A DNA stretch of 64,000 nucleotides from Dehalococcoidia bacterium (GTDB taxonomy: Bacteria > Chloroflexota > Dehalococcoidia > Lucifugimonadales > GCA-002694895). Both the position numbers and the translations under genes were made by a program. The stretch lies in assembly GCA_045564835.1 (NCBI GenBank), contig JBJLGN010000024.1, positions 6,265 to 70,264 on the forward strand, in the 5' to 3' direction. The notes beneath the pieces were generated by a model. The model was given only the letters and a program-made list of their open reading frames with translations. It had not been told where the DNA came from and made no database searches. How positions within the stretch are numbered: position 1 is the first letter of the stretch; the number at the start of each line of letters is the position of its first letter. Below are positions 54,064 to 63,536 of this stretch, piece by piece.

Positions 54064-55794
54064 CTAACTAAAAAATTCAATTTTGTCCCCGTCTTTAAAA
54101 TCATTGAAGTCATCTACTCCAACTCCTCCTTCCTGTCCTGAAATCAATTCTTTAACATCATCTTTGTAATGTTTAAGTGATTTGATTTTACCAAAATATA
54201 TCTCTTTACCATTTCTATAAATCTTTAATCTATTATTAGAATTAACTTTCCCTTCGTTAATTAGTATTCCCGCAACAGGTTTATTGTCAAAATTGAAAAC
54301 AGCTTTAATATCAGCTGCTCCTTGCCGAATCAATGTTTCTTCTATAACTTGTGATTTAAGTATTCTTTCTTCAACTGAATCAATTAATTCGTATATGATA
54401 TTATAATTCTCAACCGCCACATTTACATTTTTGTTTTTTTCAAGAACGCCTTGCTCAATTCCCACATTAAATGAATAAACAACCGAATCTGAAGCAACTG
54501 ACATTGCAATATCATTCTCATTAACATTTCCCAATCCTGAATGGATTACAGCAATATTAATAGAATCTTTATTAAATGAATTGAGAGACTCAATTATGGC
54601 GTCTAAGCTACCTTGTAAATCTGCTTTTACAATAATATTAATAGTTTCTATCTCTTTTTGTTCAACAGATGCATGAGTTAAATTCATAGTCGTATTGTTT
54701 GAGTTTTTTGATTCAGATTTACGTTTAGATAATAAGGTTTTTGCTTCTTTTTCTGATTTAACCCATTCTAACAATTCTCCTGATTGTGGCAACGACTCAA
54801 ATCCGAGAATATCAACAGGAGTTGATGGGAGGCATTCTTTTATCTGCTTACCAGTATCATTAAGTAGTGCTCTGACTTTACCTTTAGTAGTATTTGTAAT
54901 AAATCTATCACCAACTTTTAAAATCCCCTCTTGTATAAGTGCTTTAACCACAATTCCTTGTTTCCTGTCCATAGTTGATTCCAAAATTACTGCTTTTGGA
55001 GATACTTTTGTGTCAGTTTTAAATTCATTAACTTCTGCAACAAGCAATATATAATCTAACAACTCTGTAATTCCTTCATTTTTTGGGGACGAAACAGGAA
55101 CACATATAATTTCTCCTCCCCATTCTTCAACCATCAATTCTCTTTCAGCAAGCTGTGCTTTAACTTTTTCTATGTCAGCTGCAGGAACGTCTATTTTAGA
55201 TATGACAATTATTATTGGGACACCAGCAGACTTTGCATGCTGAATTGACTCTTCTGTTTGAGGCATAATTCCATCATCGGCAGCAATTATTATTATTGCA
55301 ATATCTGTAACTTTAGCTCCCCTAGATCTTAGCGTAGAAAAAGCTTCGTGACCGGGAGTATCTAAAAATGTAATGAATGAATCTTTGTATTTTAATTTAT
55401 AAGCACTTATTTTTTGAGTAATTCCCCCATGCTCAGATTCGGCAACTGTAGATTTTCTTATTGTATCCAATAAAGTTGTTTTCCCATGATCAACATGACC
55501 CAAAATTGTAACAACAGGAGCTTTGATGTCTTCACCATCAATGTTTGACTTGAAAATTTGTTTTTCTTCTTCTACTAATTCTACTTGAGTTGAATTAAAG
55601 CCAAAACTTTTTGCAATTAAAGATGCTAGTTCGTATTCTAATTTTTGATTAATTGAAAGCATATAACCCGCTCTCATCAGTTGCTTGATTACATCTACAG
55701 ATTCTAAATTTAATTTACTAGCCAGATCGCCTACGGTTAAAGAACTTGGAATCTCAATTACTTTTGATTCATCTGTATTTTTTTCTTCACTCAT
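54064..55794 (-). CDS. infB: Translation initiation factor IF-2 (short form, 576 aa)
   Basis: G-domain motifs GHVDHGKTTLLD, DTPGH and the following domains. The long N-terminal region of many bacterial IF-2 proteins is absent. Confidence 0.93.
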   Translation of the reverse strand: MSEEKNTDESKVIEIPSSLTVGDLASKLNLESVDVIKQLMRAGYMLSINQKLEYELASLIAKSFGFNSTQVELVEEEKQIFKSNIDGEDIKAPVVTILGHVDHGKTTLLDTIRKSTVAESEHGGITQKISAYKLKYKDSFITFLDTPGHEAFSTLRSRGAKVTDIAIIIIAADDGIMPQTEESIQHAKSAGVPIIIVISKIDVPAADIEKVKAQLAERELMVEEWGGEIICVPVSSPKNEGITELLDYILLVAEVNEFKTDTKVSPKAVILESTMDRKQGIVVKALIQEGILKVGDRFITNTTKGKVRALLNDTGKQIKECLPSTPVDILGFESLPQSGELLEWVKSEKEAKTLLSKRKSESKNSNNTTMNLTHASVEQKEIETINIIVKADLQGSLDAIIESLNSFNKDSINIAVIHSGLGNVNENDIAMSVASDSVVYSFNVGIEQGVLEKNKNVNVAVENYNIIYELIDSVEERILKSQVIEETLIRQGAADIKAVFNFDNKPVAGILINEGKVNSNNRLKIYRNGKEIYFGKIKSLKHYKDDVKELISGQEGGVGVDDFNDFKDGDKIEFFS

Positions 55795-55853
55795 TATTAA
55801 CTCTTTATACCTTAAATCTATCTAAATAAATCTACATTTTATATCTCTTATAC

Positions 55854-57404
55854 TTACTTATTCTTAGGTTTTTTTGAACTGTTATTAGATTTACTTTTAA
55901 TCTCTTCTATATCCTCAGCGAATCTGATTTGGTTTTGATTGTTGGTTGTTCCAAATAATTTTTCTATCGAAAACAGATCCTCATCAGCATCCCTTAATGT
56001 AGTCAGCTCTTCTTCTTCTGTTTTATCTTTGGTTTGCTTTGTATTAGGAGCTTCTTTAGCAACTACTTCTTTAGTAACTACTTCTTTAGCAACTACTTCT
56101 TCAGCAACTACTTCTTCAGCAACTACTTCTTCAGCAACTACTTCTTCAGCAACTACTTCTTCAGCAACTACTTCTTCAGCAACTTCTTCAGCAACTTCTT
56201 CTTCTGCAACTTCTTCTTCTGCAACTTCTTCGTCTAAATATATTTCTTCTTCAAAAGCTTCTTCTTCAAAAGCTTCTTCTTCAACTGTTTTTCTGAATAC
56301 ATTTTCTCCTAGTCCGGGATCAAATATCTTGTCACGTTTTTCTTTTTCTTCTTCTGGTTTCTCTTCGGGTTCAACGCTTCGTATATCAATTTTCCAATTG
56401 GTCATTTTTGCAGCAAGTCTGGCATTTTGACCTTCTTTACCAATTGCTAATGATAAATGCTGATTAGGAACCCAAACTACAGCAACATTATCATCTTCAT
56501 TTAATTCTACTTTAGTTACTTGAGCTGGATTTAATGAACTCGTAATTAAAACTTTAGGATCACCACTCCACTCTACAACATCAATTTTTTCGCCTTGTAA
56601 TTCACCCACTATACTTTGAATTCTAATTCCTCTTAATCCAACACAGGATCCAACAGCATCTATACCTTCTTGTTTAGCCACTACGGAAACTTTACTTCTA
56701 TTACCAGCTTCTCTAGCTATTGTCATAATATCTACTGCCCCATTAGAGATTTCAGGGACTTCTTGCTCAAAAAGTTTTTGCAGTAATATTGTATCTGCTC
56801 TCGAAACAATGAGTTCAGGTCCTCTTGGAGTATCTGATATTTCTTTTAATAAAACTCTGAATTTTTGCCCAACCCTGTATCTTTCAGAATACATTTGCTC
56901 ATGTACTGGAAGTAATCCTTCTGCTCTCCCCATTTCTACATATACTTTCTTTTGATCTACCCTTACTACAGTAACAGAAAAAACTTCACCTTCTCTTCCC
57001 TGAAATTCATTGAATATCAACTCTTTTTCAGCTTCTCTTAATCTTTGTAAAATAACTTGTTTTGCTGTTTGAGCCTCTATCCTGCTACCAGCTCCATTAA
57101 GTTTTCCGGTTAGAATATTGCTCCCGAGTTCAGGAACAACATCTAATTCTTTAATTTTTTTAGCATCAGTCAAAGAGATCTCATTGGAAGTGTCTTCAAC
57201 TGTTTTTACAACAGTTTTTACAACCCATACATTAAATTCTCCTGACTCAGTATCCAATTTTACTGAAATGTTTTGCCCTGATTTAAGGCTTTCTTTTTTA
57301 AATGTAGAAGATAAAGCTTCTTCAACTGCAGACAAAATTGTGTCTCGATCCAAGTTTCTTTCTGCAGCTAATTGGGTTAAAGCTATTAAAAAATTACTTT
57401 TCAT
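55854..57404 (-). CDS. nusA: Transcription termination/antitermination factor NusA with a repetitive acidic C-terminal region
   Basis: 516 aa. The N-terminal, S1 and KH domains are recognisable (..GREGEVFSVTV.., ..LAIGKEGQNARLAAKMT..). The acidic tail begins with EEEAFEEEAFEEE, runs through EEVAEEEVAEEEVAEEVAEEVV, and continues with (AEEVV) repeated 5 times. Confidence 0.92.
   Translation of the reverse strand: MKSNFLIALTQLAAERNLDRDTILSAVEEALSSTFKKESLKSGQNISVKLDTESGEFNVWVVKTVVKTVEDTSNEISLTDAKKIKELDVVPELGSNILTGKLNGAGSRIEAQTAKQVILQRLREAEKELIFNEFQGREGEVFSVTVVRVDQKKVYVEMGRAEGLLPVHEQMYSERYRVGQKFRVLLKEISDTPRGPELIVSRADTILLQKLFEQEVPEISNGAVDIMTIAREAGNRSKVSVVAKQEGIDAVGSCVGLRGIRIQSIVGELQGEKIDVVEWSGDPKVLITSSLNPAQVTKVELNEDDNVAVVWVPNQHLSLAIGKEGQNARLAAKMTNWKIDIRSVEPEEKPEEEKEKRDKIFDPGLGENVFRKTVEEEAFEEEAFEEEIYLDEEVAEEEVAEEEVAEEVAEEVVAEEVVAEEVVAEEVVAEEVVAEEVVAKEVVTKEVVAKEAPNTKQTKDKTEEEELTTLRDADEDLFSIEKLFGTTNNQNQIRFAEDIEEIKSKSNNSSKKPKNK
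56055..56232 (-). repeat. 15-bp tandem repeat array (with 12- and 18-bp variants), in frame within nusA
   Basis: agcaactacttcttc repeats about 6 times without mismatch (56095-56185). Diverged copies flank it on both sides. Confidence 0.9.
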
Positions 57405-57442
57405 AAATTACTTCTTTTCAAATTTAAAATAAAATCTTATCT

Positions 57443-57471
57443 AAAAAAACAAAAGTGGGCAAAACCCACTT
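57443..57471 (-). terminator. Terminator-like hairpin in the putative nusA leader
   Basis: The minus-strand reading is aagtggg-ttttg-cccactt followed by ttgttttttt. It lies 39 nt upstream of the nusA ATG and downstream of a candidate promoter. Confidence 0.4.
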
Positions 57472-57497
57472 CTAATTTCAGAATAATATTTAAATCT

Positions 57498-57526
57498 ATT
57501 CTAGTACTTGTAAAAAAAATTTTCAA
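57498..57526 (-). promoter_or_regulatory. Candidate sigma-70-type promoter for nusA
   Basis: The minus-strand reading is TTGAAA, then 17 nt, then TAGAAT. This is a pattern match only. Confidence 0.3.
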
Positions 57527-57568
57527 GACATAACATGGACTTCTATATTCTAAAAATAGAACAGCACT

Positions 57569-58807
57569 ATGAATGCATACGATGAAATCAATATTAAAAT
57601 ATTAGAAGCCTCAAAATATATTGAAAACAATGTATCTGATGGTACTCTTGAAATGATTACTACTCCATGGAGAGAAATAGTGGTCAGCTGCCCAATCAAG
57701 ATGGACAATGGTGATACAAAAGTTTTTTCGGGATATAGAATACAGCATAATGCAGTCAGAGGTCCTTACAAAGGAGGAGTTAGATATCATCCGGATGCAG
57801 ATCAAAACGAAGTTAAAGCCCTATCTTCCTTAATGACTTGGAAAAACGCATTAGTTAACATTCCATTTGGAGGAGCAAAAGGTGGAATCCAGGTTTCTGC
57901 AGGTAACTTATCCAAATCAGAACTTCATAATCTTACCAAGCGATACACTTTGAGTATTGATAAATTTCTCGGTCCCAACACAGATATTCCTGCACCTGAT
58001 TTAGGAACTAACTCTCAAACTATGGCATGGATGATGGATGCTTATGGATCAATTCATGGTTACACACCTGCAATTGTTACTGGAAAGCCAGTTGAATTAG
58101 GAGGATCAGTAGGAAGAGACTCAGCTACAGGGAGGGGTGTTGTTTTTGTAATAGATGAAATTTGTTCTAAGTTAAAATTAAATCCTAGTGAAAATACATT
58201 GGCAATACAAGGATTTGGCCAAGTTGGTAAATGGATAGCCAAGATAGCCTATGAAAAGAAATATAAAATCATTGCAGTAAGTGATGTATCGCATGCAATT
58301 TACAATAAAAATGGAATTAATATTGATGAACTCGTAACACATTATGAAAAAGATAAAACCTTTGCAGATTTTGGAAATGTTGATTTTATTTCAAATAATG
58401 AACTCTTAAATTTGAAATGTGATTTCTTGATTCCAGCAGCTATCGAAAGAGTTATAAATAAAAATAACGCAGATAAAGTGCAGTGCAAGTATCTTATAGA
58501 AGCTGCAAACCACCCTCTAACTCCTGAAGCCGATCAAATACTAGAGTCAAAAAATATAGATATCTTTCCAGATACACTAGTAAATTCCGGAGGGGTAATT
58601 GTATCCTACTTTGAATGGATACAAAATTTATATCAACATCACTGGGAAATTGAGCGAGTCAACTCTGAGCTTCAAAAAATTATTACTAAAGCATTTAACG
58701 AAGTATATGATAAATCTCACTCAGATAATATAAATTATCGATTGAGTGCATTATCTATTGGGTTAGACAGAGTAATACATACTGCGAGCTTGAGAGGATA
58801 CATTTAA
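57569..58807 (+). CDS. gdhA: Glutamate dehydrogenase
   Basis: 412 aa. The motif is GPYKGGVRYHP...PFGGAKGG, with a Rossmann GFGQVG. Confidence 0.92.
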   Translation: MNAYDEINIKILEASKYIENNVSDGTLEMITTPWREIVVSCPIKMDNGDTKVFSGYRIQHNAVRGPYKGGVRYHPDADQNEVKALSSLMTWKNALVNIPFGGAKGGIQVSAGNLSKSELHNLTKRYTLSIDKFLGPNTDIPAPDLGTNSQTMAWMMDAYGSIHGYTPAIVTGKPVELGGSVGRDSATGRGVVFVIDEICSKLKLNPSENTLAIQGFGQVGKWIAKIAYEKKYKIIAVSDVSHAIYNKNGINIDELVTHYEKDKTFADFGNVDFISNNELLNLKCDFLIPAAIERVINKNNADKVQCKYLIEAANHPLTPEADQILESKNIDIFPDTLVNSGGVIVSYFEWIQNLYQHHWEIERVNSELQKIITKAFNEVYDKSHSDNINYRLSALSIGLDRVIHTASLRGYI

Positions 58808-58830
58808 ACCAAATTAAAAGGATATGTGAA

Positions 58831-60270
58831 ATGGATATAATTTTTTCATCTGCCAAAAAACAAATTGAACTAATCCATAATAAAAAAATTTCTTCATACG
58901 AACTAACTAAAACTTACTTAGATAGAATTAAGAATTTAGATTCTAATCTAAATTCTTTTTTATACATAAACGAAGAAAATGCTCTGGAAATTGCAAAAGA
59001 AAAAGATGATCAAATTGCAAAAGGAATAATAAACGGGAAATTATTTGGACTGCCAATAGCTATAAAAGATTTAACTCCAATTAAGGGAATGCCTACAACT
59101 TCAGGATCATTGTTAGAAAAAGACAATATAGCTGAATTTGATAATTTGGAATTTGAGAGAATAAAAACGCATGGTCCTGTTATATTAGGTAAAACAAATA
59201 CTCCCGAATTTGGTTTGATGGGACACACAGAAAATTTACTCAAAGATCACTGCAGAACACCTTGGAATCATGGCAAATCTGCAGGAGGATCAAGTGGTGG
59301 TGCAGGAAGTGCTGTAGCTGCCGGTTTTTGTTCAATAGCAATGGGTGGTGATGCCGGAGGTTCAATAAGGATTCCTTCTAGTTATAATGGTATTTTTGGA
59401 ATTAAACCAACACAAGGAAGAGTTCCTCGAAGGGCTTTCCCCGTACACAACATGATATCTCAAGGCGGTCCAATGACAAGGTACGTTGAGGACTCTGCAT
59501 TAATGTTAGAAATAATAACAGGATTTAGCCCAGAAGATCCTTCAAGTCTAAATAAACCTCCTATAAAATTTGAGGATGAATTTTGGGATTATTCTGTTAA
59601 TGAATATTTCCAAAAAAAACATTCTAAAAAACAACTGAATATAGCATGGATAGACAATTTTGGATCCGCAACTCCAAATAGTGAGATTAAAAACAGTTGC
59701 CTAAATGCACTGTCTAAATTAGAAAAAGATGGTCATATAATTACACCTGTAAAATTTGAATTTGATGAAATTTTCAAATCTTGGTTTAACTTGTTTTCTG
59801 TAGGTACATACATTGGCCACGAAGAAGATTATAAAAACAATAAAGAAAAATTTGCATGGTATACACAAGAAGCATTTGAAAATGCGATTAATCTAACTGC
59901 AACAGAATATGCTCAATCAGTACTAAAATTGAAAGAAGTTCAACTAAAATTTTCTGAAATGTTTCAAAAATATGACATGATCTCATCACCTACCATGCCA
60001 ACAACTGCATTTGATGTAGGCAATCCTCCTCAAGAAATTAATGGCGAAAAAGTTCATCCGTCATGGGGATTTTGTTTGTATAGCTATCCCGTAAATCTAG
60101 CTGGAACTCCTGCAGTGAATATACCTACGGGATTCGATAGCCAAGGATTACCTATCGGTTTGCAAATAATTGCCCCTTGGGAGCAAGAAAAGGAATTAAT
60201 TAAACTTAGTCATTATTTTGAGAAGATTATAAATTGGCCTAATAATATTCCTGAAAAATATAAAATTTAA
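58831..60270 (+). CDS. Amidase (amidase-signature family)
   Basis: 479 aa. The AS motif is GGSSGGAGSAVAAG...GGDAGGSIRIPS. It is a paralog of gatA. Confidence 0.8.
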   Translation: MDIIFSSAKKQIELIHNKKISSYELTKTYLDRIKNLDSNLNSFLYINEENALEIAKEKDDQIAKGIINGKLFGLPIAIKDLTPIKGMPTTSGSLLEKDNIAEFDNLEFERIKTHGPVILGKTNTPEFGLMGHTENLLKDHCRTPWNHGKSAGGSSGGAGSAVAAGFCSIAMGGDAGGSIRIPSSYNGIFGIKPTQGRVPRRAFPVHNMISQGGPMTRYVEDSALMLEIITGFSPEDPSSLNKPPIKFEDEFWDYSVNEYFQKKHSKKQLNIAWIDNFGSATPNSEIKNSCLNALSKLEKDGHIITPVKFEFDEIFKSWFNLFSVGTYIGHEEDYKNNKEKFAWYTQEAFENAINLTATEYAQSVLKLKEVQLKFSEMFQKYDMISSPTMPTTAFDVGNPPQEINGEKVHPSWGFCLYSYPVNLAGTPAVNIPTGFDSQGLPIGLQIIAPWEQEKELIKLSHYFEKIINWPNNIPEKYKI

Positions 60271-61718
60271 TCTTTTATTGCTGACTTCAAATGCCAATCG
60301 GTTAATTTTTGAATGTTTTTAGCAATCTCTAATATTTTTCTGTCTGACATGTAAGGTCCAACTAGCTGAGCCCCTACAGGTAACCCATTGACATCCTTTA
60401 CTGGAATAGATATCCCTGGAATACCTGCAATATTTGCAGGTATGGTCATAATATCACTAGAATACATCGCCATTGGATCATTAGTTTTTTCTCCTAGTTT
60501 GAATGCCGTGGAAGGAGAAGTTGGAGTAATTAGTATATCTATTTTATCAAATATTTTATTTAACTCTTTTTTTATTATTTGCCTAGTTCTTTCAGCTTTT
60601 CCATAATATTCATCGTAATAACCTGAAGATAACGAATAGGTACCTAACATTATTCGTCTTTTAACTTCTAATCCAAATCCATTTGATCTAGATTTTTCTA
60701 TTCTGTCCCACATATTGTCCACTTTTTCTTCAGAATATCCGTATTTTACTCCATCATATCTTGAAAGATTTGAAGAAGCTTCAGAAGGTGCTAATATGTA
60801 ATAAACAGAAAGTGCATATTCCGTGTGTGGCAATGATACTTCTTTAACGATAGCTCCTTCTGAAGATAAAAAATCAACTAATTCCAATACATTTGATTTA
60901 ACTTCGCTGTCTAAGTAGCTAGAAAAATATTCTTTAGGCAAGCCAATTTTTAGCCCCTTTAATTCTATTTTTGGTTTTTTATTGTTAAGACCTTTTGAAG
61001 TTGAATCATATTCATCTTTCCCTTCGATCGCATCTAAAATTATTTCAGAATCTTCTGCTGTTCTTGTAAAAGGTCCGATTTGATCTAATGAGCTACCAAA
61101 AGCAATTAACCCATATCTGCTTACTACTCCATAAGTTGGCTTTAATCCAGTAATGCCACACAAAGATGCTGGTTGCCTAATACTTCCCCCTGTATCCGAT
61201 CCTAAAGAAAAAACACAAAAACCTGCTGATAAAGCAGCAGCCGGACCACCGCTACTTCCACCTGGAACATAATCTAAATTCCATGGATTTTTAGTAGGCC
61301 CAAAAGCAGAATTTTCAGTAGATGAACCCATGGCAAATTCGTCAAGGTTTGCTTTCCCCATCAAAATAGCCCCCTGTTCATTTATTTTTCTAACTACTGT
61401 TGCATCATAATTTGATTGAAATCCATCTAGTATTTTAGAACCTGCTGTAGTAGGAAAATGATTTGTTGCAATATTATCTTTCACTACGTAAGGAATACCA
61501 GTCAATAAATTTCCATCACCATTTCTAATTTGTTCATCAGCATTTTTTGCTTTCTCTAAAGCATACTGTTTATCAAATGAAATAAATGAATTAATCTTTG
61601 ATTCATATTTGTCAATTCTGTCAAAAAAATAATTGACTAATTCTAGCGAACTTATCTTTTTTTCTGTCAATAAATTATTTAATTCTTTAATACTTTTTAA
61701 GTGTAAGCTATCAGTCAT
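60267..61718 (-). CDS. gatA: Glutamyl-tRNA(Gln)/aspartyl-tRNA(Asn) amidotransferase subunit A
   Basis: 483 aa. The AS motif is GGSSGGPAAALSAG..GSDTGGSIRQPA. It lies directly downstream of gatC. Confidence 0.9.
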   Translation of the reverse strand: MTDSLHLKSIKELNNLLTEKKISSLELVNYFFDRIDKYESKINSFISFDKQYALEKAKNADEQIRNGDGNLLTGIPYVVKDNIATNHFPTTAGSKILDGFQSNYDATVVRKINEQGAILMGKANLDEFAMGSSTENSAFGPTKNPWNLDYVPGGSSGGPAAALSAGFCVFSLGSDTGGSIRQPASLCGITGLKPTYGVVSRYGLIAFGSSLDQIGPFTRTAEDSEIILDAIEGKDEYDSTSKGLNNKKPKIELKGLKIGLPKEYFSSYLDSEVKSNVLELVDFLSSEGAIVKEVSLPHTEYALSVYYILAPSEASSNLSRYDGVKYGYSEEKVDNMWDRIEKSRSNGFGLEVKRRIMLGTYSLSSGYYDEYYGKAERTRQIIKKELNKIFDKIDILITPTSPSTAFKLGEKTNDPMAMYSSDIMTIPANIAGIPGISIPVKDVNGLPVGAQLVGPYMSDRKILEIAKNIQKLTDWHLKSAIKD

Positions 61719-62015
61719 TTACTCTTCACCTAGTACTTGTTCTATTGATAATTCATCGCCATCGTGATTTGGAGCACTATCTAGTAAGACTTTTTTATCC
61801 CAAGATTTACTTGAAATATCTTTACGAGTTTGGTTGTTTTCTTTTAAGCTATCGTCAAATTCATCATAATCTTCATTGGTTATACTATTTAGCTTAGTAA
61901 AACTTCTTAAGATATCGTTTAAATCTAATGATAAAATATCGATTTCTTTTTTAGTAAGATTAAGTCTTACTAATCTAGACAATTTAAGAATTAAATTTTT
62001 ATCCACATTACTCAT
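61719..62015 (-). CDS. gatC: Glutamyl-tRNA(Gln)/aspartyl-tRNA(Asn) amidotransferase subunit C
   Basis: 98 aa, adjacent to gatA. It has the LSRLVRLNL..E pattern. Confidence 0.8.
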   Translation of the reverse strand: MSNVDKNLILKLSRLVRLNLTKKEIDILSLDLNDILRSFTKLNSITNEDYDEFDDSLKENNQTRKDISSKSWDKKVLLDSAPNHDGDELSIEQVLGEE

Positions 62016-62020
62016 ATAAT

Positions 62021-62596
62021 TTATCTTTTTTTTCTATTAGTAAGTTCCATAGTTTTTTCAATACCATTTATATACATTTCATTTAACGCATCTATTGAAT
62101 CGTCAATCATTTCTTGCACATAATCGAATTCGGTTTTTTTAAATTTACCTAAAACAAATGAAATTAGATCATGATTATATATGTCTTTCACCCCTATCCC
62201 TAGTCTTAATCTAGGTATATTTTGAGTTTGTAATTCATTAAAAATTGATTTAAGTCCATTATGTCCGCCAGCACTACCATTTTTTTTTAATCTGATGTTA
62301 CCAAGTGGCAAATTTATATCATCAACAAAAATCATCGTTTCTTCAGGGGAAATATTTAACTTCTTTATCACTTTTTTCAATGGTACACCTGAATTATTAA
62401 CATAAGTTAATGGTTTCATAGTATATAATTCAAAATCTTTAAACATACCTTTCCAGAGTTCATAATCTTTTGTAGTTTTTGTCAAATCAAAATTAAAATT
62501 TTTATTCAAAGAATCAATAAATTCCCATCCTATATTGTGGCGAGTATGATTATATTTAGAACCTGGATTTCCTATGCCTACCAATAACTTAAACAT
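62021..62596 (-). CDS. pth: Peptidyl-tRNA hydrolase
   Basis: The start is taken at the internal Met giving MFKLLVGIGNPG..Y..TRHN.G. The longer track ORF adds 14 unconserved residues. Confidence 0.88.
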   Translation of the reverse strand: MFKLLVGIGNPGSKYNHTRHNIGWEFIDSLNKNFNFDLTKTTKDYELWKGMFKDFELYTMKPLTYVNNSGVPLKKVIKKLNISPEETMIFVDDINLPLGNIRLKKNGSAGGHNGLKSIFNELQTQNIPRLRLGIGVKDIYNHDLISFVLGKFKKTEFDYVQEMIDDSIDALNEMYINGIEKTMELTNRKKR

Positions 62597-62609
62597 TGTA
62601 ATATTTGAT

Positions 62610-63536
62610 TTAATATTTAAATTCTCCACTTTTACCACCTGACTTAGATAGCAAATGAATATTATTTATTAATATTTTTTTATCTACTGCTTTTAGCATG
62701 TCATAAATGGTTAATGCAGCTATAGATACTGCAGTTAAAGCTTCCATTTCTACACCAGTCGAACTTTTACACTTGACTTCGGAAAAAATATTTACAACAC
62801 AAGAATCTTCCTTAAGTTCAAAATTTAGATCAACTTTAGTTAAATTTATTTGATGACACAAGGGTATTAAATCATGTGTTTTCTTAGCAGCCTGGATACC
62901 AGCAATCATAGCTGTATCAATAACATTCCCTTTTTTAGAATTGTTTTCTTTTACTAAAATAAAAGCTTCTTTGGACATATGGATTTCTGATGTGGCTTTA
63001 GCTATTCTAATAGTCTCATTCTTATTTGAAACATCAACCATGTTCAATTCATTAGATTTGGAAATATGCGTTAATCTAGCTTGCTGATTTGCTTTTTTGT
63101 CTACAGATTCATTTCCTTCGTTTCCTGCATGAGCTTTTACCCATTCCCATTCCAATTTTAATTGTTTTTTTAATTCAACATTATCTAATTGAACCCACAA
63201 TTCTGTGTTTTCTTTTTTCTTCCAATTTTTAGTCATTGTATTTATTATCAATTGACTGTCAGATTTGATTTTTACAAAAGATTGGTTTTTAATCTTGTCA
63301 TCATGCAATGCTTTAATTACAGCAGTCAATTCCATTTTATTATTTGTAGTATCAGAATCAGCTCCGCTATCTTCACTAATTTTATTTTCATCATTTTCAT
63401 CCATTATTTGATAAGCCCATCCACCTGGTCCTGGGTTTGGTATGCAAGAACCATCTGTATATACAACAAATCTATACTGTTCATTTTGTTCGTCGTTCAC
63501 AAAGTCATCCATAGTAAATTGTTTTTCATCCATCAT
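62610..63536 (-). CDS. RNase HI - MoaC (cyclic pyranopterin monophosphate synthase) fusion protein
   Basis: 308 aa. Residues ~20-155 carry RNase HI catalytic motifs (VYTDGS, MELTA, SDSQL, HAGNEGNESVD). Residues ~156-308 are a complete MoaC starting at LTHIS..MVDVSNK..T.R.A (..LIPLCH..GVEMEALTA..). There is no stop or linker between the two domains. Confidence 0.8.
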   Translation of the reverse strand: MMDEKQFTMDDFVNDEQNEQYRFVVYTDGSCIPNPGPGGWAYQIMDENDENKISEDSGADSDTTNNKMELTAVIKALHDDKIKNQSFVKIKSDSQLIINTMTKNWKKKENTELWVQLDNVELKKQLKLEWEWVKAHAGNEGNESVDKKANQQARLTHISKSNELNMVDVSNKNETIRIAKATSEIHMSKEAFILVKENNSKKGNVIDTAMIAGIQAAKKTHDLIPLCHQINLTKVDLNFELKEDSCVVNIFSEVKCKSSTGVEMEALTAVSIAALTIYDMLKAVDKKILINNIHLLSKSGGKSGEFKY

